From contig NZ_JMCB01000004.1 of the NCBI RefSeq assembly GCF_000737315.1, positions 62,001 through 126,000 of the forward strand: a DNA stretch of 64,000 nucleotides, in the 5' to 3' direction. Of the stretch, positions 57,716 to 64,000 are shown piece by piece (position 1 is the first letter of the stretch; each line of letters starts with the position of its first letter). This stretch comes from Hyalangium minutum. GTDB taxonomy: Bacteria; Myxococcota; Myxococcia; Myxococcales; Myxococcaceae. The notes under the pieces were generated by a model, which worked only from the letters and a program-made list of their open reading frames with translations, did no database searches and was not told the origin of the DNA. A program made the translations under genes and the position numbers.

Positions 57716-59078
57716 GGAACGCATCCTGGTCGTCGACGACCACGTGGAGATGGGGCGGATGCTTCAGGATCCCCTCACGGACGAGGGGTATGAAGTGGAG
57801 CTCGCCACGGGAGGCTCGGAGGCCATCCGGCTCGTGCGTGCCCGCCCGTTCGACGCGGTCCTGAGCGATCTGCGCATGGAGCAGGTGGACGGCTTCGACG
57901 TGCTGGCCGCGGTGCGCGCCATGGACCCCGAGGTGCCCGTGCTGCTGATGACGGCCTTCGGGAACGTCGAGAGCGCGGTGGAGGCGATGCGGCGGGGCGC
58001 CTGGCACTACTTCACCAAGCCCTTTCGGCTGGAGGAGGTGCTCATCTACCTGCGCCGGGCCCTGGACGAGCGGCGGCTGCGCGCGGAGAACCGGGTGCTG
58101 CGCAAGGCCGCGGGGCCGGGCGGACTCGGGGCGCTGGTGGGCCGGAGCGCCGCCATGCGCAGCCTGTACGAGATGATCGAGCCCGTGGCCCACTCGGGTG
58201 CACCCGTGCTGCTCCGGGGCGAGAGCGGCAGCGGCAAGGAGCTGGTGGCGCGGGCGCTGCACTCGGAGGGGCCTCGGGCCGCCGAGCCCTTCGTGGCCGT
58301 CAACTGCACCGCTCTGCCGCACGCACTGCTGGAGAGCGAGCTGTTCGGCCACGTGAAGGGCGCCTTCACCGGGGCCACGACGCCCCGGCGGGGGCTCTTC
58401 GTCGAGGCGGACAAGGGCACGCTCTTCCTGGACGAGATCGGCGACATGCCCTCCGAGCTCCAGGCCAAGCTGCTGCGGGTGCTGGAGGACGGCGAGGTGC
58501 GCGCGGTGGGCGCGGATTCCAGCCGCAAGGTGGAGGTGCGCATCGTCGCGGCCACCCACCAGGACCTGGAGATGCGGGTCCGCGAGGGCCGCTTCCGGGC
58601 GGATCTCTTCTACCGCCTCAACGTCGTCACCCTGCGGATTCCGCCCCTGCGCGAGCGGCGCGAGGACATTCCGCTGCTCGTGGAGCACTTCGTCTCGCGG
58701 GCCCGTGCGAGGAACCCCCGCTCCAAGGTGACGGCGCTGTCGCCCGAGGTGGTCTCCGCGCTGGGCGCCATGCCGTGGCCGGGCAATGTGCGCGAGCTGG
58801 AGAACCTGGTCGAGCGGCTGGTGGTGCTCATTCCCCGGGAGATGGTGGAGGTGGGCGATCTCCGGCTTCACGCACCGGCGGTGAGTCCCGAAGCCCACCC
58901 GCTCGCCCTGGCCCAGGAGGGGGTGTGGCCCCTGCGCCAGCTCGAGGGCGAGTACATCTCCTGGGTGGTGGCCCACTGTGGGGGCAACAAGACGCGGGCG
59001 GCGGAGCTGCTCGGCATCGATGTCTCCACCATCCACCGCCGCGAGCGGGAGAGGGGTTCTGGCAATCCGCCACGGTGA
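57705..59078 (+). CDS. sigma54-dependent response regulator (REC-AAA+-Fis HTH enhancer-binding protein)
   Basis: GESGSGKE, ELFGHVKGAFTGA, LFLDEIG, WPGNVRELEN, GNKTRAAELLGI. Confidence 0.96.
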   Translation: MASKERILVVDDHVEMGRMLQDPLTDEGYEVELATGGSEAIRLVRARPFDAVLSDLRMEQVDGFDVLAAVRAMDPEVPVLLMTAFGNVESAVEAMRRGAWHYFTKPFRLEEVLIYLRRALDERRLRAENRVLRKAAGPGGLGALVGRSAAMRSLYEMIEPVAHSGAPVLLRGESGSGKELVARALHSEGPRAAEPFVAVNCTALPHALLESELFGHVKGAFTGATTPRRGLFVEADKGTLFLDEIGDMPSELQAKLLRVLEDGEVRAVGADSSRKVEVRIVAATHQDLEMRVREGRFRADLFYRLNVVTLRIPPLRERREDIPLLVEHFVSRARARNPRSKVTALSPEVVSALGAMPWPGNVRELENLVERLVVLIPREMVEVGDLRLHAPAVSPEAHPLALAQEGVWPLRQLEGEYISWVVAHCGGNKTRAAELLGIDVSTIHRRERERGSGNPPR

Positions 59079-59154
59079 GGGTGGCGGGATACCAGGGTGG
59101 ACGGTGGGAGGAGGGGGACTCCCGAGGGAGGAGGGCTCGGGCACGGACGTTGCT
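59060..59154 (+). promoter_or_regulatory. Tandem palindromic enhancer + sigma54 promoter, copy 2 (pal operon); overlaps the EBP 3' end
   Basis: TGGCAATCCGCCA 59060, TGGCGGGATACCA 59082, 45 nt, GGGCACGGACGTTGCT 59139-59154. Confidence 0.78.
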
Positions 59155-59166
59155 TCAACGAGGGGC

Positions 59167-59694
59167 ATGCGCTCATACCTTCTTCCCCTCGTCCTGCTCG
59201 CGATTGGCGCGAGCGCCTGTGCCACGAAGACCGCGGCGACCACCTCCACGGAGGGCGTCTCCTCGGTGGACACCTCGCCGCGTCCCGGCCCGGTGAAGCC
59301 CGCTCCGGCGCCCGCGCCGGTGGCCGAGCTGTCACCGCTGGACTTCGGCCCCATCTACTACGAGCTGGACTCGGCGACCCTGCGGGCGGACTCGCGGGAG
59401 ATGCTCGAGCGGGCCGCGGAGGCCCTGCGGAAGCGTCCCGAGGCGCGCGTGACGATCTCCGGGCACACCTGTGAGCTGGGCACCACCGAGTACAACCTGG
59501 CGCTGGGCCAGCGGCGGGCCGCCTCCGCTCGGGACTACATGGTGAAGCTCGGCGTGGAGCCGGCGCGCATCGGTCTCGTGTCCTATGGCGAGGAGCGTCC
59601 GGCCGAGCAGGGCACGGGCGAGAGTGTCTGGTCCAAGAACCGCCGCAGCGAGTTCACGGTCACTGTGGCCCACGCCCGGGCGGGTACGCCGTAG
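59167..59694 (+). CDS. pal: Pal/OmpA-family peptidoglycan-associated lipoprotein
   Basis: Lipobox ASA-C; ISGHTCELGTTEYNLALGQRRA, SYGEERP, KNRRSEF. Confidence 0.88.
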   Translation: MRSYLLPLVLLAIGASACATKTAATTSTEGVSSVDTSPRPGPVKPAPAPAPVAELSPLDFGPIYYELDSATLRADSREMLERAAEALRKRPEARVTISGHTCELGTTEYNLALGQRRAASARDYMVKLGVEPARIGLVSYGEERPAEQGTGESVWSKNRRSEFTVTVAHARAGTP

Positions 59695-59696
59695 CC

Positions 59697-60074
59697 GTGG
59701 GGGCTCGACAGGCCGGTCAGGCGCTGCTGTTGGGCGCCGACGAGTCACTGGCCGCGCTCCTGGCGGATGTTCTCTCGGAGGTGGGCATCTCCCTGCACGT
59801 GGGGGAAGGGCCTCCCGCTCGTCCGGATCTCGTGCTCGTCCAGATCGAGCGCGGCGAGAGCCTCCTGAGCGCGCTGCAGGGCGCCCGGGATGGGACGTAC
59901 CCGGCACCGGTCTTCGTCCTGCTGCCGTTCGCGGACGATCGAATGATGCAGCGCGCGCTGCGGCTGGGCGCTCGGGGGTGCTTCGCGCTCGGGCAGCCGC
60001 TCGAAGTGCTGCGGCGGATGGTGCTCTCGGTGCTCCCCGCCGTGGGTCCGCTCGCGCCCAAGAGGATTCGATGA
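59697..60074 (+). CDS. Stand-alone degenerate receiver-like protein
   Basis: Receiver topology (RPDLVLVQIE, PVFVLL, ALRLGARGCF), but Gln at the phospho-Asp position and no conserved Lys. Confidence 0.6.
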   Translation: MGARQAGQALLLGADESLAALLADVLSEVGISLHVGEGPPARPDLVLVQIERGESLLSALQGARDGTYPAPVFVLLPFADDRMMQRALRLGARGCFALGQPLEVLRRMVLSVLPAVGPLAPKRIR

Positions 60075-60535
60075 GTGATTCCGAGCAGGTGACAGGACCT
60101 CAGTTGGGGCAAGAGGAGACTCTCCTCTTCAACGAACAGGGCGTGCTCGTCACGAGCGAGCGCGTGGTCGCCTCCGGCCGCACGTGGCGAGTGGGCGAGC
60201 TGGTCGGGGTGGGCTCCATTCGCCGCAGTCCGCGCGTCCTCCCCTGGCTGGTGATCCTGGTGCTGGGCGCGATCGTGGGGTTGCCGGTGCTCAGCTCGCT
60301 CCTGGTCAGCCCCCACGCGCCGGGCAGCCTGAGCTACGACGTGGTGCTGGCGCTGGCGGGGACGGCCATCTTCGCCTCCATCGCTGCGCTCGTGGTGGTG
60401 GGAGACAGCTACTGGCTCGTGCTGCGCACGCGGCAGCGAGAAGGGCACGTTCTCCGCAGCCGGGACCCCCAGCTCATCTCGAAGCTGGTGACCGTGGTGG
60501 GCGAGGCCGCGGAGGCCGCGCGCCAGCGGCGCTGA
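60071..60535 (+). CDS. Small two-TM membrane protein (DUF6232-like)
   Basis: ATGA overlap; GVLVTSERVVASGRTWRVGEL, two TMs, SRDPQLISKLV. Confidence 0.7.
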   Translation: MSDSEQVTGPQLGQEETLLFNEQGVLVTSERVVASGRTWRVGELVGVGSIRRSPRVLPWLVILVLGAIVGLPVLSSLLVSPHAPGSLSYDVVLALAGTAIFASIAALVVVGDSYWLVLRTRQREGHVLRSRDPQLISKLVTVVGEAAEAARQRR

Positions 60536-60577
60536 GCAGGCAGAGCAGGCCGGGGCTGGGAGGCCCCGGGCGAGACG

Positions 60578-61426
60578 TCACGGAACGGTGATCTCCGCCG
60601 TGCCCACCTTGCGGCCGGCGGAGATGGAGATCAGGGCGCGCCCAGGCCCCACCGCCGTGGCCTTGCCGGAGCGGGAGATCCGGACGACGGAGGCATTCGA
60701 GGTGAACCAGTGGACGGGCACGCCTTCCACGGGCTTCCCCCGGCTGTCACGCACCTTGGTCTGGAGCTGAAGCTCCTGGCCTCGCTTCAAGGTAGACGTG
60801 CCCGGGTCGATGGACACCTGCGAGAGCGCGGGCATGACGAGGACGGACAGCTCCTGCCGCAAGTCTCCCAAGGTGGCCGTGAGCACGGCGGTGCCTGGGG
60901 CCACGCCGACGACCTTCCCGGCCTCGATGCGCGCGATGTGCTCGTCGCTGCTGCTCCACTCGGGAGTGCCATGGCGGATGCGCTTGCCCCGCTCATCCAG
61001 CACCGTGGCGGTGAGCCGCTCGGGGCGTCCCACCTCGATGAAGCTCCCATTCCCCGCCTGAAGCACCAGCTTGCCGGGAATGGACACCACGAAGCTCAGG
61101 CTGGCCCGGGCCTTCCCGCCGGAGACGTGGATGGTGGCGCGCCCGGTGCTCCGCGCGGTGACCACCCCGTTCTCCACCGTGGCGACCTCTGGCGCGGAGC
61201 TGGACCAGCTCAGCCGGGGCTCCGCCAGCCGTCGTCCCTGGGCATCGTGCGCCATGGACTCCAGCCTGATGGCTTGGCCTCGCTCCCCCAGCAGGCGAAC
61301 CTCCGGCTCCACGAGCGTCAGCTGCTCGGGAACCGGATCGCACCCGATGAGCAGGGCGCTCGAGAGGAAGCACAGCAGGGGGCGGCGGAGCAGCGGGGGC
61401 ACGATCATTCCGAGGCGCATGGGCAT
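60578..61426 (-). CDS. Lipoprotein with three Big_2 Ig-like domains (start may be 61420 or 61408)
   Basis: Lipobox LIG-C; WSSSAPEVATV, WSSSDEHIARI, WFTSNASVVRI. Confidence 0.88.
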   Translation of the reverse strand: MPMRLGMIVPPLLRRPLLCFLSSALLIGCDPVPEQLTLVEPEVRLLGERGQAIRLESMAHDAQGRRLAEPRLSWSSSAPEVATVENGVVTARSTGRATIHVSGGKARASLSFVVSIPGKLVLQAGNGSFIEVGRPERLTATVLDERGKRIRHGTPEWSSSDEHIARIEAGKVVGVAPGTAVLTATLGDLRQELSVLVMPALSQVSIDPGTSTLKRGQELQLQTKVRDSRGKPVEGVPVHWFTSNASVVRISRSGKATAVGPGRALISISAGRKVGTAEITVP

Positions 61427-61440
61427 GCGGCGGCAGGGGG

Positions 61441-61722
61441 CTACTTGCGGCCCGTCTTCTTGGGGGGCGGGGGGGCAGGCCTCTCCGCGGCGAGCTTCAG
61501 CTCATCACGCTCCCGCGACACCTCCGTGAGGGTGTCTTCCAAATCCGCGACCTTGGCCTTCAAGGTCTTGTTCTCCGCGCGCAACACGCGCGACTCCGCG
61601 CGCAGCGAGTCGGTCTCCGAGCGCAGTGAGGTCGCCTCCGCGCGCACCTGCCTCAGCTCCTTGGAGGGACCACATGCCGAGAGCAGCCCTCCGGCTAGCA
61701 CTGCCATCACCCAGGTCTTCAT
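61441..61722 (-). CDS. Small coiled-coil lipoprotein, paralog 2
   Basis: MKTWV...LSA-CGPSKEL, heptad repeats, ERDELKLAA, tail PPPPKKTGRK. Confidence 0.85.
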   Translation of the reverse strand: MKTWVMAVLAGGLLSACGPSKELRQVRAEATSLRSETDSLRAESRVLRAENKTLKAKVADLEDTLTEVSRERDELKLAAERPAPPPPKKTGRK

Positions 61723-61790
61723 CAACGCCAAGCTCCTCGAGGGCTCGCGCCAGCGGCCTTCCGCTGGAGGCGGCCCACCCGCGAGTGCAG

Positions 61791-61884
61791 AGCAAGCCGT
61801 GTGCCCACAGCCCAGCTGCTCTGAGTCGCCCGGCTCTGGGCGCGGAACCGTGGCAAGACGCCAGACCTCCCTGGCGTGTTGCCA
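61791..61884 (-). promoter_or_regulatory. Tandem palindromic enhancer + sigma54 promoter, copy 3
   Basis: Minus strand: TGGCAACACGCCA, TGGCGTCTTGCCA (21 bp apart), 45 nt, GGGCACACGGCTTGCT. Confidence 0.8.
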
Positions 61885-61912
61885 TGCCTCTGTGGCACGC
61901 CCGGGGCCTGCG

Positions 61913-62188
61913 CTACTTCTTGGCCGTGGTGCCTGGCTTCTTCGGGGCCGCCGGAGCGGGAGCCGGTGTGGCCGCTGGGGCGGGCTTCGCCGCGGCGAGC
62001 TTCAGCTGGTCGCGCTCCTGGCGCACCTTCTGGAAATTCCCCTCCAGCTCGGCGAGCTGGGTCTTCAGCTTCGTGTTCTCCTGGCGGAGGGCATCCGCGT
62101 CTCCCTTGGCCCGCTCCAGCTCTTTGGAAGGTCCGCACGCCACCAGGGGAGCGAGCGCCAGCACCAGGGCTGCCATCCACGCCTTCAT
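61913..62188 (-). CDS. Small coiled-coil lipoprotein, paralog 1
   Basis: MKAWM...LVA-CGPSKEL, heptad repeats, ERDQLKLAA, tail APKKPGTTAKK; GGAGG RBS. Confidence 0.87.
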   Translation of the reverse strand: MKAWMAALVLALAPLVACGPSKELERAKGDADALRQENTKLKTQLAELEGNFQKVRQERDQLKLAAAKPAPAATPAPAPAAPKKPGTTAKK

Positions 62189-62258
62189 TCGTCTTCAACC
62201 TCCTGACAGGTCCGAGCCGGAGTCCGTCTCCGGGCTTGGCCTGAGCGGGAGGAGCCAA

Positions 62259-62353
62259 AGCAAGACGCGTTCCTCCCGTGCGTCCCGAGGGGCGCCCTGC
62301 GTGAGCTCAAGAAAACCGTGGCAGGAAGCCATGGCCACCCAGGTGTGTTGCCA
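62259..62353 (-). promoter_or_regulatory. Tandem palindromic enhancer + sigma54 promoter, copy 4
   Basis: Minus strand: TGGCAACACACCT, TGGCTTCCTGCCA (22 bp apart), 45 nt, AGGAACGCGTCTTGCT. Confidence 0.75.
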
Positions 62354-62430
62354 TGGCTGGATGCTCCCTTTTTCCGTTGTGTCGAGGGGGGCACCGCCCC
62401 ATCCTGAGGAAGGCTGTCATCAACGTTCCC

Positions 62431-64000
62431 ATGACTTCCTCCCCCTCCGAGCAGGAACAGGCCCTCCTGGGCGAGATCGCTCGCCTTCGCGCACTGGAGG
62501 ACGCCCTTCGCGTGGCCAACGAGCGCATCCAGCTGGCGCTGAACGCTGGAGCGGTGATTGGCACCTGGGTGTGGGACGTCCGAAGGGACCACTTCACGGC
62601 CGATGAGCGCTTTGCCCGGTCCTTCTCAATCAATCCGGAACTGGCGGCGCAAGGCCTTCCGTTGAGCGTGGTCATCACCTCCATCCACCCGGAGGACCGT
62701 CCTCGAATCGAAGCCCTGGTCGCCCGGACGGCGGAGATGGGGGGGCCCTATCGCGCCGAGTACCGGACACGCCAGCTCGATGGCTCCTACCTCTGGGTGG
62801 AGGCCAATGGCCACTGCGAGCACGGACCCGACGGCAAGCCGGACCGTTTCCCGGGGGTGCTGATCAACATCGACGAGCGGAAGAAGGCGGAGCTGCGCCA
62901 GGCCGCCCTCGTCGAGGTGGGCGACAAGCTTCGAGAGCTGGGCGACGCCGGCGAGGTGGCCCACGCCGCCATGGAGGTGGTCGGGCGGGTCATCGGCGTC
63001 ATCCGCGCCGGCTATGGCCGGGTCGACCCGGCCCTGCGAAAGGTGGAGATCGAGCAAGACTGGGTCAGTGCTCCCGGCGCGCTCAGCGTCCGGGGCGTGC
63101 ACGAGTTCACCCGGTACGGCACCTACATCGAGAACCTCGAGCGGGGCGAGGTGGTCAGCATCCGGGACATCGAGGTGGATTCCCGGACCATGGTGGGCGT
63201 GGAGAACCTGCGGCGGTTTGGCATCCGCGCGATGGTCAACGTGCCGTTGCTGGAGCAGGGGCGCCTGGTCGCGGTCCTGTTCCTTCATGACCGGGTGGTG
63301 CGCGACTGGTCTCCGGACGAGATCGAGTTCATGCGCAACGTGGCCGACCGCATCTGGGCAGCCAGCGAGCGCATCAAGGCCGTGGCGGAGCTGCGGCGGG
63401 CCAAAGAGACGCTCGAGCAGCGTGTCGCTCAGCGCACCCGCGAGCGCGATCGCCTCTGGAACGTCTCGCAGGATCTGCTGCTGGTGGCGGACTTCGAGGG
63501 CCGCTTCCTCAGCGTGAACCCCGCGTGGACCTTGGTGCTGGGCTGGACGGAAGCGGAGCTGTTGGGGAAGACCTCCCGCTGGCTGGAGCACCCGGAGGAC
63601 GGAGGAAAGACGCAGGCCGAGGTGGCGAGCCTGGCGGCGGGCTTCGCGACGCTGCGGTTCGAGAACACGTTCCGGCACAAGAACGGCACGTACCGCACCT
63701 TGTCCTGGACGGCGGTGCCGGTGCCGGAGGAGGGCGTGCTCTACGCCGTGGCGCGCGACATCACCGAGCAGCGCCAGACCGAGGATCAGCTGCGCCAGGC
63801 CCAGAAAATGGAGGCCATTGGCCAGCTGACGGGCGGCGTGGCGCACGACTTCAACAACCTGCTCCAGGTCGTCAGCGGCAACCTCCAGCTGCTCCAGCGG
63901 GACGTGGGCGGCAACCCGAACGCCCTGCGCCGCCTGCAGACGGCCGTCAGCGCCGTGGAGCGAGGCGCCAAGCTCGCGTCCCAGCTGCTCGCGTTCTCCC
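62431..64000 (+). CDS. Cytoplasmic PAS-GAF-PAS histidine kinase, 3' end outside window (absent from ORF track)
   Basis: ATG 62431 in frame with IGTWVWDV, SIHPED, GAF region, VNPAW, and H box QKMEAIGQLTGGVAHDFNNLL. Confidence 0.93.
   Translation, partial: MTSSPSEQEQALLGEIARLRALEDALRVANERIQLALNAGAVIGTWVWDVRRDHFTADERFARSFSINPELAAQGLPLSVVITSIHPEDRPRIEALVARTAEMGGPYRAEYRTRQLDGSYLWVEANGHCEHGPDGKPDRFPGVLINIDERKKAELRQAALVEVGDKLRELGDAGEVAHAAMEVVGRVIGVIRAGYGRVDPALRKVEIEQDWVSAPGALSVRGVHEFTRYGTYIENLERGEVVSIRDIEVDSRTMVGVENLRRFGIRAMVNVPLLEQGRLVAVLFLHDRVVRDWSPDEIEFMRNVADRIWAASERIKAVAELRRAKETLEQRVAQRTRERDRLWNVSQDLLLVADFEGRFLSVNPAWTLVLGWTEAELLGKTSRWLEHPEDGGKTQAEVASLAAGFATLRFENTFRHKNGTYRTLSWTAVPVPEEGVLYAVARDITEQRQTEDQLRQAQKMEAIGQLTGGVAHDFNNLLQVVSGNLQLLQRDVGGNPNALRRLQTAVSAVERGAKLASQLLAFS

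Noticed and set aside
62354-62430. Enhancer copy 4 also driving the divergent PAS kinase through sigma54
   Set aside because: GGCACC at ~62390 is not followed by GC at the -12 position.
1-64000. Many long antisense or alternate-frame ORFs in the track (e.g. 1955-4597, 8044-10173, 10388-13249, 23950-26523, 52746-55328, 54056-57043)
   Set aside because: They overlap well-supported genes, are Arg/Ala/Gly/His/Pro-biased and lack motifs; typical shadow ORFs of high-GC DNA.

Overview
High-GC (~70%) myxobacterial (Cystobacterineae-like) chromosome segment with about 55 tightly packed genes. I see no integrase, transposase, phage or cas gene. Left to right: (1) a 5'-truncated HK-REC-REC-GGDEF hybrid, then a sensor kinase / FecR / Ig-like / outer-membrane beta-barrel / MYXO-CTERM operon; (2) a REC-DUF4388 regulator, a VOC protein, an MshEN-motif protein and a 4-unit ~70-bp palindromic repeat array; (3) a pseudokinase, an HtrA protease, a REC-HK, agmatinase, an allene-oxide-cyclase-like lipoprotein and an RCC1 lipoprotein; (4) a 12-kb minus-strand run holding a second surface-protein / Ig-like / FecR / Ser-Thr kinase module plus acyltransferase, desaturase, ATP-grasp and quinone oxidoreductase genes; (5) yacG, a PHP phosphatase, an LPG-synthase-like membrane protein, an RHH protein with a coupled 54-aa ORF, an SDR, BON-SRPBCC, an FBP zinc finger and a Ser/Thr kinase; (6) a structured RNA candidate, a CAU tRNA and a Cys-rich gene pair; (7) a complete Pha/Mrp antiporter operon, a PRTase and a dienelactone hydrolase; (8) a sigma54 two-component system and its neighbours; (9) a 3'-truncated PAS-GAF-PAS kinase. 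The strongest novel signal is four copies of one promoter architecture between 55.4 and 62.4 kb: two TGGC-N5-GCCA palindromes 21-22 bp apart, then 44-45 nt, then a GG-N10-GC(T) sigma54 element. This implies a self-contained envelope regulon: the HK/EBP pair, a Pal operon, two paralogous Lpp-like coiled-coil lipoproteins and an Ig-like lipoprotein. All calls come from reading the sequence by eye; no searches were run.
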